DNA of 64,000 bases from Adineta vaga (GCA_021613535.1 CP075494.1:5270001-5334000); one strand, 5' to 3'; shown: positions 1-12,772, counted from the stretch's first letter. Program-made: numbers and translations. Notes: generated by a model not told the origin, from the letters alone.

Positions 1-3000
1 AAGAAGCAATCAATTGTTTTTTGAAATATTCATTTCTTCAAAAAATTATTCATCAAGCATTTAAATTCGAAGATAATGATCAACTTTATCAATTACGATA
101 TTTCCTACGTGATTTAATCGATTGTATAACTACCGACATTGAAATTCATCAAGAAACATTCATTGTCTATCAACAAATGAACGTATCTCCTAAAGAACTG
201 GAACAATTAAAGAAAAATATCGGTAAATTGATTTGTATGAAAAAATTTCTAACTGCTTCACGAATTCGTCCATCAACTACTTCCGATATTCTTTTTCAAA
301 TTGAATGTGATATCAACGATGTTACTTTTGCTGATCGGAATTCGATGATTCTATTCGACATCAATACAACATTTCGAATCGAATCTATCAACGAAGATAA
401 AGTATTGAAATTAATTGCAGTTAATGATGGCAAATTGATTACACAAAAATATCTGGAGGATACTCAGCGTCAAACTGATAATCTCAGTCTTCCGATTATA
501 TTTGGTCGTTTCATCTTAAATATGTGTCAATGGCATCAAGGTGAAAAATATTTCCAACATTTATTCACTGATTTACCTCATGAAGATATTTCTTGGATTG
601 AACACAATCTTGGACACGCCTATCATTGTAAAGGAGAATGGATTGAAGGACGAAAACATTATGATCGTGCTTATCAACATATGATTCAATCAGATCCAGT
701 TCGAACAAAAGATTCAGCTGCTGTTCTATGCAGTATTGGAGAAATTCTACATTTAGAAGGTAATTATCAAGAAGCTTATCATATTCATCAACAAGCATTA
801 GATATTCGAAAGAAATTTTATCCCGAAGATCATATAAATATTGCAGCAAGTTTAGAAAATCTTGGTTTAATCTATCATCAACAATTACAATATGATGAAG
901 CACTTGAATATCTTTATCAAGCTTTGACGATACGAGAAAAATATTATAATTTATTTCATATTGATGTTGCTATTAGTTTGACAAATATTGGTTGTGTTTT
1001 TACAGATCAAGGTAAATATAAAGATGCATTAGATTATCATCAACGAGCAATGAAAATCTATGAAAAATATTATCAATTTGGTCATATTTACATTGCTTCA
1101 ACATTAAATAATATCGTCGATGTTTTATATCGACAAGAGAAGTATGAAGAAGCAACCCATCTCGTTCAAAAAGCACTAGTTATGCAGAAGAAATATTATC
1201 CATTTGGTCATATTGAATTAGCAACTAGTTTAAGTAATATAGGTAATATTAAATATGGTCAAGGCAAATATTCTGAATCATTAGATTATCATCAACAAGT
1301 TTTAACTATTCAAATGAAATATTATATAACAGATCATATTAGTATTGCATGTACGTTGAATAATATTGCTTATATACTTTTAAATGGAAAAGAAAATTAT
1401 GATGAATCACTTGATTTTAATCGTCGTGCTTTGACAATTCAACAGACACATTATCCCACATTTTTAGGTCATATTGCTCAAAGTTTAATATATATTGGAA
1501 GTAATTTAAGTAAACAAGGAAAATTAGATGAAGCACTCGATCATTATAAACAAGCATTGATGATGCATGAAAAATATTATACTTCAGATAATATTAATAT
1601 TGCGCATAGTCTTGCAAATATTGGAACTATTCTTAGTGATCAAGGTGATTATGAACAAGCACTTGATTATCATCAGCGTGCTATTAAAATTTATCAAAAA
1701 TCTCATCCAGCTGATCATACTTATCATGCGAGTAGTTTAAATGATATTGGAAAGATTCTTTATCGTTTAGGAAAATATAGTGAAGCATTTGATAAACATG
1801 AAAAAGCACTTGAATTACAACAGAAATATTACAAAGCTGATAATGCACATACAGCAAATAGTTTAAATCATATGGGTATTGTTCGATATGGCGAAGGAAA
1901 ATATGATGAAGCTGTTCTATATTATCAAAAAGCTTTAGAAGTTTATGAAACATATTCTCCATCGCGTCAAAATGATATTGCAACAATACTTAGTAATATT
2001 GGACGAAGTTATAATCATCAAGATAAATATGAACAATCATTTGAATATCAACAACGTGCATTACGTATTCGAGAAAGTTCTTCATCATCAGCCTGTATGA
2101 ATATAGCTGATAGTTTGAATCATTTAGGAAATATTCGTATTAATCAAGAAAATTATAGTGAAGCCATTGATTTCTATCAAAAAGCATTGGATATCTATGA
2201 GAAATATTATCCATCACGTTATTCAGATCTTGCAACAACTTTAAATAATATAAGTAATGCTTTATATAAACATGGCAAAGATCAACAAGCATTCGATTAT
2301 CAACAACGTTCATTAGATATTCGGGGAAAATATTTTCCAAATTCCTATGCTGATATTGCTGTTGGTCTGAATCATTTGGGTAATATTCGTATTAGTCAAG
2401 ATAATTATAATGAATCACTTGACTATTATTACCAAGCATTAGAAATCTATGAAAAACATTTATCAACTCGTCAAGCCGATACGGCAACAACATTGAGTAA
2501 TATTGGAAATGCTTTACATAAATGTGGACGATTTGATGAAGCATTTGAATATCAACAACGTGCATTACATATTCGTGAAACACATTGTCGAACTGCATAT
2601 ATCGATATTGCGATTAGTTATAATCATATGGGTATTATTCGAATTGCTCAAGAGAAACATGATGAAGCAATTGATTATTATAAACAAGCATTGACTATTT
2701 TTGAAACTCATTGTTCAACACGTCAAGTTGATATTGCTACAACGATCAGTAATATAAGTAATGCTCTTTATAAATGTGAACGATTTGATGAAGCCTACGA
2801 ATATCAACAACGTGCATTACATATTCGTGAAAATCATTGTCCATTAGGTTATTTAAATCTTGCTGATAGTTATAATCATATGGGAAATATTCAACGTGGA
2901 CAAGGTAAATATGTTGAAGCTGTTGAATATCATCATCGAGCATTGAATATCTATGAAAAATATCTTTCCAATCGTTATGCCGATATTGCTGTAATTTATA

Positions 3001-3551
3001 GTTTGATTGGAAGTAGTTTAAGTCGTCAAGAAAAATATGATGAATCATTCGATTATTACAAACGTGCATTGAATATTTATGAAAATTATTATCCAAATGA
3101 TCATTTTGAAATTGCTCGATATTTACAATGGATCGGTTTAATTTGTTATACAAAGTCAGAATTTGATCAAGCAATTGAATATTATGAAAAATGTCTTCGT
3201 ATACGAGAGATTAGTTTACCTGTTGAACATGTTTCAATCATTGAAACACTTCAAACATTAAGTGATATACAACGAGTACGAGGACAACATCGATGTTCGT
3301 TAGCATTTGAATTGAAATGTCTTCTAATACGTGAACAAATTCTTGTACCAAATCATGAAGATTTAGGTAAAAATTTATCAAGTATAGGTAGTTGTTATGA
3401 ACGTCTTCGTCATTTGAAATTAGCACTTAACTATTATAAACAAGCTTTAGTTATTTATGAACAATGTGTACCGGATTCGAATCATGATCGACAAATTATT
3501 GGTTTTAAAATTGAACGACTTTCCGAAGAAATTAATGAGACTGATGTTTAG
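1..3551 (+). CDS. Degenerate ADP-ribosyltransferase-like domain followed by a long TPR array (kinesin light chain/nephrocystin-3 type 42-aa repeats); 5' end lies outside the window
   Basis: The frame is open from position 3 (EAINCFLKYSF...). It contains more than 20 repeats of the type A.SL.NIG..Y..QGKY.EAL.Y.Q.AL.I..K. The N-terminal region aligns by eye to the ART fold (VYQQ / FLTAS / ILFQI / FRIESI). Confidence 0.85.
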   Translation, partial: EAINCFLKYSFLQKIIHQAFKFEDNDQLYQLRYFLRDLIDCITTDIEIHQETFIVYQQMNVSPKELEQLKKNIGKLICMKKFLTASRIRPSTTSDILFQIECDINDVTFADRNSMILFDINTTFRIESINEDKVLKLIAVNDGKLITQKYLEDTQRQTDNLSLPIIFGRFILNMCQWHQGEKYFQHLFTDLPHEDISWIEHNLGHAYHCKGEWIEGRKHYDRAYQHMIQSDPVRTKDSAAVLCSIGEILHLEGNYQEAYHIHQQALDIRKKFYPEDHINIAASLENLGLIYHQQLQYDEALEYLYQALTIREKYYNLFHIDVAISLTNIGCVFTDQGKYKDALDYHQRAMKIYEKYYQFGHIYIASTLNNIVDVLYRQEKYEEATHLVQKALVMQKKYYPFGHIELATSLSNIGNIKYGQGKYSESLDYHQQVLTIQMKYYITDHISIACTLNNIAYILLNGKENYDESLDFNRRALTIQQTHYPTFLGHIAQSLIYIGSNLSKQGKLDEALDHYKQALMMHEKYYTSDNINIAHSLANIGTILSDQGDYEQALDYHQRAIKIYQKSHPADHTYHASSLNDIGKILYRLGKYSEAFDKHEKALELQQKYYKADNAHTANSLNHMGIVRYGEGKYDEAVLYYQKALEVYETYSPSRQNDIATILSNIGRSYNHQDKYEQSFEYQQRALRIRESSSSSACMNIADSLNHLGNIRINQENYSEAIDFYQKALDIYEKYYPSRYSDLATTLNNISNALYKHGKDQQAFDYQQRSLDIRGKYFPNSYADIAVGLNHLGNIRISQDNYNESLDYYYQALEIYEKHLSTRQADTATTLSNIGNALHKCGRFDEAFEYQQRALHIRETHCRTAYIDIAISYNHMGIIRIAQEKHDEAIDYYKQALTIFETHCSTRQVDIATTISNISNALYKCERFDEAYEYQQRALHIRENHCPLGYLNLADSYNHMGNIQRGQGKYVEAVEYHHRALNIYEKYLSNRYADIAVIYSLIGSSLSRQEKYDESFDYYKRALNIYENYYPNDHFEIARYLQWIGLICYTKSEFDQAIEYYEKCLRIREISLPVEHVSIIETLQTLSDIQRVRGQHRCSLAFELKCLLIREQILVPNHEDLGKNLSSIGSCYERLRHLKLALNYYKQALVIYEQCVPDSNHDRQIIGFKIERLSEEINETDV

Positions 3552-3878
3552 AAAGACCAGGAACTTATTTTCAAATGTCTTTCATTATTTATTATTATGG
3601 ATTATATCCTAAGAGACTTTGTGCAATTTGACATTATCAAAAGATTTCTTTTGATTGTTTTTATGTTCTATGCAAATAAAAATAAATACAAAATTTTCAT
3701 TTCTATTGAATCAATTTATATCAGCATTCGTACGAATCTTTTGTGAACTAGAGAATTCAACAAATTTTCTTGTTTATTATCTTCCTATGTTGATATTAGA
3801 CACTTAAAGATAACAATTATAAATATCTCGTGTTTTGACGTATCAAAACAAAACCTTGACAACTTTTGCATACAAATA

Positions 3879-6011
3879 ATGGTATTAATACACCTACTTA
3901 TAGTATTTATTTTTACTACATCAACAATAAAAGCAACGACAAATATTTTACAATATGATTTACGTTCTTCCACAAAATTATCTCTTGATGATATTTATGA
4001 ATATGCTCATTTATTAGGTGCATTAAGTGGATTAGCAAATAGAGATACACCTAAATTGTTTACAATTTATGGTGATTCAGATATTCGTTGGTTATCTTAT
4101 ATATCTTCGATTAATTGGCCAGAAGATGCGAATTATACGGTAGTAACATCCATTATTGATCTTGTTGAACGTTTATCTGATGATATTAAAGGTGTTGCTC
4201 TTTATGATCCTAAAGTTCCTGCAACTTCGAATTTAGCTTCAACAGCATCTGGTGTTTACGATCTCATACCCATCTGTTATCGACCGGCTCCTAATTCTTT
4301 GTATACTCAACTCGTTCAATCAGGTCCTCAATTATCTGTTCAGATCAATTTTGTCAATATGTTTGTAGGAAATCTGACTGGTAGTGCTAAAACTGACGCC
4401 TATGTTTGGGCTGCAGAACATTTTTTAGATAGTAAACTTGCTGATGGAACTTATCTTGGTTATTATATCGATAAATGGTGGTCACAATCGTCGAAAGCAT
4501 CACAAGCACCTTTTGAAAGTTTAGCAGTTAATCAGGATTGGATCATTAAAAATCGTGGATTTATATTTGATTTATCACCTTGGGATGATGAATCACCAAA
4601 TGATGATCCTCATCAACCAATTGGAACTGACTATAAAGCATTGATTACTATTTTAGAAAAAGCCTATCAACAACATAATGGAACGAAATTTAGTACTGTG
4701 AGTGGATTTGTACCATGGCTTTTTAAATATGTCGATGAAAAACATGGCGGAGTACCATCAGAATGGCGTATGGCACATGTTATGTCAGCATTTAATGTTG
4801 TTATAGATGCTGATGCTTGTTGTGTTGATAATTTTGCTAATGCAGCTTTCTTTAGTCATTATGCCTACAATCAAAGTCAACAACGTTTCATTCAAAATCC
4901 ATTACCATCTCGTGAACAATTAATCGAGCAGAGACTTTTAAATGAAGACAATATCGTGGCAAATAGAACTTATATTATTTATTATGCTGGTGATTATGAT
5001 TCAGCAGCATGGTTTGCTAATGAATTCAAAACTCTTTGGGATGATCCAAAACGAGGAACAATACCAATTGCATGGGCAGTGAATCCAAATCTATATGATC
5101 GTTTTCCATTATTACATCCATATTTGTATCGTACTCGTACTGCAAATGATTTCTTTGTTAGTGGAGATTCGGGTTCTGGTTATTTAAATCCTACTCAATT
5201 ATTTGAACCACGTATGTTCTCTGGTCTACCTCGTGCTGATGCTCTATGGATTGAAAGAAATCGATACTATTTCAATAAATTTAATATTAAACATACAGGT
5301 TTCGTTATCAATGGTGATGCTGGTCCTCTAACGAATCAATCTGATCTCATGTATACGAAATTTAGTCCACTTGGATTCACGCGTCAACAAGGCTACACAA
5401 CATTAGGAGAGACAGCATTGATTCCTGGTACAAGAGTACCAAGTTTTACGGAAACAGATCTATCCGATGGCAATGAAATACAACAAATATTATCCTATTA
5501 TAAATCTCAAACAGTACGATTTGCCGTTTTTCGGGGTGTTCTACGTAGTGCCACTAATTATGCGACAATTGCAGAAAATGTTCAAAAGATTCAACCAAAT
5601 ATAACCTTTGTCGATCCATATACATTTGCATTACTTGCACGGATTTATTTAAGTAAAGATTACACAATAAACAATGATCTTGTTTCGTATGTAGATGATA
5701 ATTTACCAAAACTAGTTCGCAATAGAGATATAATTACAACGAATTTTTCCATTCGAAATGAAGGTTGGAATACATTGAATAATCTTCGTTTAAAATTGAC
5801 ATTTGCTTGTAATATGGTATATGTTTTCAATTGGAATACTGAAATTCAACATGGTGATATTCGATCAATATCTTATCAATTTCAAGTTGATTGTAATCAA
5901 CCTGGAGAATATCAAGTAATCTATCAACTTTATCGAGATAATATAGCATTTGAAGAGTTTGGAAATGTACCATGGATAAGTTCGGTACAATTAGTTTCAA
6001 TCATTTCTTGA
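3879..6011 (+). CDS. Secreted GxGYxYP-family putative glycoside hydrolase with a C-terminal Ig-like domain; HGT candidate
   Basis: Intronless 710-aa ORF with a hydrophobic N-terminal signal. Motifs GDYDS, WAVNP and SGSGYLNP are present. The C-terminal RNEGW...PGEYQVIYQL segment looks like a beta-sandwich. Confidence 0.75.
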   Translation: MVLIHLLIVFIFTTSTIKATTNILQYDLRSSTKLSLDDIYEYAHLLGALSGLANRDTPKLFTIYGDSDIRWLSYISSINWPEDANYTVVTSIIDLVERLSDDIKGVALYDPKVPATSNLASTASGVYDLIPICYRPAPNSLYTQLVQSGPQLSVQINFVNMFVGNLTGSAKTDAYVWAAEHFLDSKLADGTYLGYYIDKWWSQSSKASQAPFESLAVNQDWIIKNRGFIFDLSPWDDESPNDDPHQPIGTDYKALITILEKAYQQHNGTKFSTVSGFVPWLFKYVDEKHGGVPSEWRMAHVMSAFNVVIDADACCVDNFANAAFFSHYAYNQSQQRFIQNPLPSREQLIEQRLLNEDNIVANRTYIIYYAGDYDSAAWFANEFKTLWDDPKRGTIPIAWAVNPNLYDRFPLLHPYLYRTRTANDFFVSGDSGSGYLNPTQLFEPRMFSGLPRADALWIERNRYYFNKFNIKHTGFVINGDAGPLTNQSDLMYTKFSPLGFTRQQGYTTLGETALIPGTRVPSFTETDLSDGNEIQQILSYYKSQTVRFAVFRGVLRSATNYATIAENVQKIQPNITFVDPYTFALLARIYLSKDYTINNDLVSYVDDNLPKLVRNRDIITTNFSIRNEGWNTLNNLRLKLTFACNMVYVFNWNTEIQHGDIRSISYQFQVDCNQPGEYQVIYQLYRDNIAFEEFGNVPWISSVQLVSIIS

Positions 6012-6090
6012 ATTGTTTTTATTTTAAATTTCTCTTTGATTTTATTTAAAAATGTATCAAAAGAAAAAGATTTTAAGAAATGAACTCTAT

Positions 6091-6809
6091 CTAACCCAAA
6101 CGAATTGTTCCACAAGCAATACGAGGACCAGCATTTCTACAAATTTGAAAAATAAATATCTATCAATAAGTTAGTTTATAAATACGTACCCTGTTGTATT
6201 ACTTTCACCTTTACCAGTATGACCACCATCATCAGTTAAATTATGAATCATCAATGGTAAACCAATGACATTTGTGACATTATTATAAGTTCCCAGAGAC
6301 ATCACATGATCGACTAATCCAACATAAGCTCGACCGTTTGCATCTGTTTGAATGTTTCCTAAATCACCGACATGTCGTTTCATTGGTGGATCACCAGGCA
6401 TTCCATGAGATACATCTTGTTTTCAGAAAGAAAGAAAAACGAACATCAAAATCATTTCTATTACTAAATTAAACTTACTATATGGATTAAAATGTGCACC
6501 AGCAGCTGTACAATTATGATTTTCGTCAATAGGTTGTGAATGAATATGAAATCCCTATGATAACAATAATTCACATTCTACTATTTCATCAAATCGTACG
6601 AATAGACTTACCAAAGATGCAGAAGGTCTCAAACTGTTAACAGAACCAGAAATGACAACACCAAAACTCTGCTCTTCCATATAAAAATTAATCTCACCAA
6701 TATATTCACGTGTTCCTGACAAGAACATTTGAGCATTTGCATGTATTGATTCATCAGTTGTACCCACAAGAGCAATAATAACTACCATCAAAGCGAAAAT
6801 GACCTTCAT
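6091..6809 (-). CDS. sod: Extracellular Cu/Zn superoxide dismutase, 4 exons
   Basis: Exons are about 6809-6612, 6554-6479, 6415-6190 and 6136-6091. The spliced product has a signal peptide plus GFHIH, CTAAGAHFNP, SHG, RHVGDLGN, IHNLTDD and GNAGPRIACG, so all Cu/Zn ligands are present. Confidence 0.93.
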
Positions 6810-7091
6810 CTTTCGTTAGATGTAAATTCAAAAAAAAATGTTGTGTTGTGATCACCAAAGCAAATTAAAAAGAATGAGAACGATGAGTATGCTAAACTGT
6901 CTTATCTGATAACTTCGAAACAATATAGAGCAAAGAATGCATACGTCATTATTTCTAACAAATTTTTTCTTTATGTAACTTAAGGGAGATTTTTAAAACA
7001 AAGTTTACTTCGATATATTTCGTAAAAATAAATATAAGATATTATTAGAAAAAAAAATGTAGTTCAGATTGACTTGAACTAAGAGAAATTA

Positions 7092-7902
7092 TTAAAAAGG
7101 AAAGGCTTGACCACAGCCAGCACAGAATTTCATTGTTGGATTGACGCGTGGTGTACCGCATCGAGCACAGAAGCCTGTCGAGGGTTCTGCGGAATAGGGT
7201 GGCGGAGGTGCATATTGTATATTTTGTTGTGGTGCGCCATACTGTTGTGAATAATAAGAGTTATTTTGATAGGGTAGATTTCCACCGTTTGGAGCCAATT
7301 GTCTTCCAATATCAATGATTAACTAAAAACAAAAATGAAATAATTTAGTAGAAATCAATCGAATCTCATTTATAGAAATCTTACATGATAAATTAATATA
7401 CTTCTTCGATTACGTCCATATCCTGCTACAGATCTAGTAACATCTAATCGCCAACTACATGGCGTTGGTGATCTCGCTGAATATTTTGCTGATTCAGCAG
7501 CAACGGATTCTCGCATTCGTTTGGATACTCGTGCTTGCAGAATACATGCTCCGACAATTAAAATAATCATCCCCAAGACAAAGATACCCATTCCAACACC
7601 AATTAGCGCAGGAAATCCTGTTTTACCCGAACTTACTGCTGATAATCCACCACCAATGAATAAACCCATTCCAGCGAGTATACATACAATGAAAATAATC
7701 AAAAAGACGAACATGAATTTTCTTGTAGAAATCGATCGATTAATCGTTTCAATTGATTGTTGAAATTCATCTGGATTAATTATTCCATTTAATTGTACAG
7801 GATATGTTGAATCAAATCCAGAGAGACAACATCCCTCTAAAATATTCGAAAAGAAAATTAGTTTATATCAAAATAAAAACAAATTAACATACTTGGAATC
7901 AT
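7092..7902 (-). CDS. Small two-TM membrane protein with a Pro/Tyr-rich tail (PPPPY) and a C-terminal zinc ribbon, 3 exons
   Basis: ATG at 7902 followed by a GT donor. ORF 7370-7714 has two hydrophobic helices. The last exon encodes PPPPY and FCARCG...FCAGCG. Confidence 0.7.
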
Positions 7903-9099
7903 TGAAATATATACAGAATTTGGATTCACCGGCATAACAATCATTCTTTTGTTTTTTTCTACTATATTTAACCTAATAGAAAAAATACACACCCGTTTTT
8001 CAGTTAGACTTTAAATCAATCTATTTAATTCAAAAATTTTATTGTCATAAGAAATATTGCATGACATTCATGACAAATAACGTTTTCTGTTTCGTTTTTA
8101 TATTCAATGAAGTTGTACGTCATAAACATATAGAAAAATCGATGACGCACATAAATGCGTTACGTTTTGAATATGTCATTCACGTTAAACTTGAAAACAG
8201 AATGAAATTTGACAATAATACATTTTTACAAACAACATATGGTATGAAAAATTGACAGTTTCATATATATAACAACACATATCATAGGTCATATGCTGCA
8301 GGAAAGAAATAGAAGCCATGGAAATGAATACATTCATAAATCACTTTCACGTCACTAATGTGCACGTTGACAGAACGGAAAGGAAAAAAAGTTTCTTTTA
8401 TTTGAACTAGCCCGATTTTAACACTAAAGACGGCTGAAACACAAAAGATATTTTTATTTTTCTCACAGTTATAATTAAAAATGACTAATAAATTTATTAT
8501 TCATTTGATGCTTGATGATAATTTTCCACCAATTATATGAGATTCTCAGTCAGACATTTTAATTTCCCGTTTATTTCAAAGAAATATGAAGTTTGTAATA
8601 GTTTTTGAATTTAATATATAGATGTCGTAAGAACATTCGATAGACATACATTATTCAATAGTTCAGTATGCATGAAGATGACTTTCTTATGCTATTACTT
8701 TGAACTATGAAATATGATACAAAAGAAACGATAGTGCATGTGCTCTATTCAATGTATACTATATATATATTTAACATTATAATAAAATACAAAAGGAAAG
8801 AAAAGGATTTTATGTATCTCTCTGTATGCATGTATTATTATATAAGAAGACTTATGTGTTTTATCTCGAGAAGAAAAAAATGCATCGATACGTGAATGTA
8901 ATGTGAAGGTTATAATGATGATCGGTAGTATAGACTCAAAAACAAAAATTAGTACGATAAAGATACTTTTCAAACATTTTCGTTTACCTTTCTAGAAGTA
9001 AATACACATATTTATCTATTTGAAAAGTGTACACAAACCAACGACGTAGCTATTGCTTTTTGTTCTTTCGATACTCTTAGATTTTATATCGTTGAATTT

Positions 9100-11771
9100 A
9101 TGAAACTATTTGACAGAATGCTTCGTTCACAAAGTGATGTTCAATCTTCATGTAAATCTTATTTGAACAAAGCATCAATTACAATTCAACCGTCACATGC
9201 ATGCAATGTACTTAATTGTAAAAAATCAGCGGCAAGAAATAATCTTTGTACTCGACATTTTCTTGCAAAGAGAAAACGAAGCGATTCACTAGAAACTATT
9301 GCCGTCATTAATTCACGATCAAAGACGAATGCACATCTTCAATATACTTTATGTTCTGTAATTCAATGTGAAAAACCAACTGCTACTAGCGGACTTTGCA
9401 CAAAACATTATGCAGAACGTTTTCTTCACGAATTTAATGAAATTATCAAACCACAAGATAAAACTAAACAGAACAAATCTCAATATATGTGTTCCGTTGA
9501 AAATTGTGACAAATGGAGTCAAAGGAATGGTTTATGTTTACTTCATCTCCAAGAGAAGAATTCAACGACAAATAGAAAAACAAAAACAAAAACCATGACA
9601 AAGTCAGGTAGAGTATCAATGAATTCAACCATACAAATTTTGAATATCAATTCAAACAATTCATCAAATGTCAATATCCATGAACTAAATCAAGAAATAC
9701 AAAATATCATGACTTATTCGCGTAAGTTTTCTTTTCTAAATTCTATGTATCATTCAAATATTATCTTGTTTAGAAAATGCATGTCCACCAAGACGTTCTA
9801 CTAAACGAAATTCAAAGCAAAATCTTCAGTCAGAACAATCATCAACTATAGGTAAAAAAAAAGAAAAGATCTTCTTTATGTCTTAATCTGACATTTTTCA
9901 ATCATATTAGATGTTCAATCAAAAGATCAGAATGAAGAAATTGATATAAACAGATGTCAATATACAATTTCTATGAATAATCATAATAAATGTTCAAATC
10001 TAGCTACATACAAATGTTATCACTGCTTATCGTCATTTTGTCTTGAACATGATTTACAACATCAAGAAGATATCGAAGAAGAAATGACTTGTATACTTGA
10101 CGAAGCCAAAGTAAATAACGAGATTACATTCTATCTAATATGTATATTTATCTTCTATTCTAGACATTGATTACAGAAATCCCTTCAATAAATATCGAAA
10201 GTGGCAGAAAAAATTGTGCCGAACAATTAAAACATTGGTTCGATATGACATTGAATCAAGTTCAACAGAAATATTATCAATTACAAAATCAACTTGATCA
10301 AATTCATAATGATATCGAAACGAATAAAGATCGATGGAAACAATCCTTAATATCTCGACTAGAAACAAATCTCACTTCAGTTTTAACTATACAATTACAA
10401 ACAGAAAAGATCGATGGAATAGAAATAAACAAAGCAAAAGATGAATTAGTTCGCTTGCAAAAACTTTGTGATTTACTTAACAATCAAACATTAATTACTA
10501 TATCGAATATTGATGATAATAATGAATTAAATTTTCCTTTACCTCATTTAATATTTCCAAGTATTGATATTGAAGGTTTCAATTGGACTGATATATTTTC
10601 AATAGAAAAAAAAGAAGATAAAACAAATCAATCATCGAATTGTAAATGCAAATGATCAGAATCATATGACAATATATATTTGATTTGTTTAGATTTTGAT
10701 GAACTTCTTGAAGCAATGATTGATATCGATGGTCATCAATTGGTAAGTTAGTAAATATTTTATCTGACATTTATTTGTATTTTCAATTATTTTAAAGATA
10801 AATTCAACTAGACATGATACTCATCCAATAGATTTTATTGGTCAATTTGGAGAGAATAATATGCAACAGGTTTGATTTTTTTTCATTTCAGATTGATATT
10901 ATTTTCTATCATACGATTCATATTTAGAGTTATACAGAAACAAATGGCGTGTTTTCAACGATATGTGTATCTCAATGTCCTAAAATCAGTCATGAACAAA
11001 TTATTGCACGTCTTGAAGATTGTGAAAAACTGGATTTGTCATCACAGAATTTGATCTGTTCAGATGTGCAGATAATTTCTTCTATTTTACATAATAACAT
11101 GGTCAGTGAAATAATATTCATTAGTTTTCTTTTCTTATATTAATTCTTATGTAAATTAAAATTAGATATTGACAACATTGATTCTTTCTCGTAATCAAAT
11201 TAAAGATGACGGTGTAAAATTCTTGAGTAATGCATTACAAAATAATCAAGTAAGAGAAAAATCTATTGTATGATTCAATTTGAAGTATTGATGTTGGAAT
11301 ACATCTATGCATTTAGACAATAACCACGCTTGATCTTTCGCAGAATCAGATTGGCGATGATGGAGCACGAGCATTAAGTAATACATTGAAAACTAATATA
11401 GTATGATAAAGAATTATTTGATTCTCAAAACCTTTTCATAATTTAATATAGACACTTACATCATTAAATCTTTCTCAGAATCAAATTGGTACTCAAGGTG
11501 GACAATGTTTCATAGATGCATTACAATCAAATCAAGTAAGAAAAATAGCCTTTTCGTGAATCTCTGATTTCATTTATTCACTTTTGTTCAGACACTCACT
11601 ACACTGAATCTCACCTTCAATCCACTTAGCAATGAAATACTTTGTGATTTAACATTAGCTTTAACCATCAATTCAAGCAAAAAATCTATTCATAAATCAT
11701 CTAATACTCAGAATTTAGCATCAACTTCACTCTCTTCCACATCTAGCTTTTGGGATAGTCTATTTTTGTGA
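9100..11771 (+). CDS. ZnF/B-box-like/coiled-coil/LRR family member 1: three C-x4-C-x9-C-x2-H fingers, N-cap, three single-exon LRRs and a terminal LRR exon
   Basis: Fingers CNVLNC..LCTRH, CSVIQC..LCTKH and CSVENC..LCLLH. B-box-like C-x11-C-x7-C-x2-C-x4-C-x2-H-x3-H in exon 9912-10110. Helical exon 10165-10641. The 84-nt phase-0 LRR exons are 11166-11249, 11317-11400 and 11452-11535. Terminal exon 11592-11771 ends in TGA. Confidence 0.85.
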
Positions 11772-12151
11772 TAAACTGTGAATATGTTTTGTATATAATT
11801 CTATTCTGATGTCTGATTTCAAGATTCTTAAAACAAGTTGTTGCCATATTTATTTATAGAATATATTTTGAAGATATATAGATATTGTTTTTTCTAGTGA
11901 TACGAAGACGGTAAGATTCTATATTTTTACTTTCTATTGAATAAAAGATTGACTCACTCCTCTTTGTTCTCATATTTCACATTTATACTTCCATCTGTTA
12001 TGTTGATAAGTGAAATCTATGAATGATAATTTTTATTTGTCTGTCACATACACCAATCTTTATGTTAGCTATGTGTTCTCTTTTTTTTTATCTTAGCTTA
12101 TTAGTATCTTATCGAGCGATCATCTTGATTTTTTCATTACCAGTCATCTAG

Positions 12152-12772
12152 TTGAGTATGTCTTCAATTTCAAATGTAATTAACACTTCTTCTGGTGTTA
12201 TGCGGATGAATAGTATCATAAACCAATTTAATTTAATTGATTTACCAAAAGAAGGTGGTCTATTTCAAATAATTGATCGGTCGTCCATACAAGTATCTCT
12301 TCCACATCGTTCACAAGAGTCTACATTACGTGCTCAAAGTCATATTTATTACATGCTGACAAGTCTATGTCCAGATAAACAACATTTAACACATAATTAT
12401 TTACATTCAATTGAAGATGCCGATGATTTACATATATTGGTAGAAGGTGATAGCGTAGATTATTATTTATTTTATGAAAATGGTCATGTTGAACATAAAA
12501 TCTTAGGTCATGATTATATAAGTGGAGAATTACCGATTATAGCAACTCCAGGTACAATTACTTCCAAAGCATTGAAATTACGTCCTGGAAAAAATGGATT
12601 TGCATTCATTGTTAGTGTTCTCACTCCCGAATGGACACCTGAAAGATGTACAATTGGTGCTGGACAGTTATTTCTCGATAAATATATTGGCAAACAAGAT
12701 TGGTGTACAAGTGAATTTCTAAAAGAGTTAATTGGACCTAATTGGAAGGAGAACACTACGATAATTGATTAA
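12152..12772 (+). CDS. DUF985/Cupin_5-like cupin protein; HGT candidate
   Basis: Intronless. The pattern LIDLPKEGGLF...IYYML...LH...LH..EG...LG.D...GE.P...AF.VSV.TPEW resembles DUF985. The real start is probably ATG 12158. Confidence 0.65.
   Translation: MSMSSISNVINTSSGVMRMNSIINQFNLIDLPKEGGLFQIIDRSSIQVSLPHRSQESTLRAQSHIYYMLTSLCPDKQHLTHNYLHSIEDADDLHILVEGDSVDYYLFYENGHVEHKILGHDYISGELPIIATPGTITSKALKLRPGKNGFAFIVSVLTPEWTPERCTIGAGQLFLDKYIGKQDWCTSEFLKELIGPNWKENTTIID

Noticed and set aside
565-3426. Several minus-strand ORFs inside the TPR gene
   Set aside because: They are antisense shadows of a repetitive coding sequence with no recognisable motifs.
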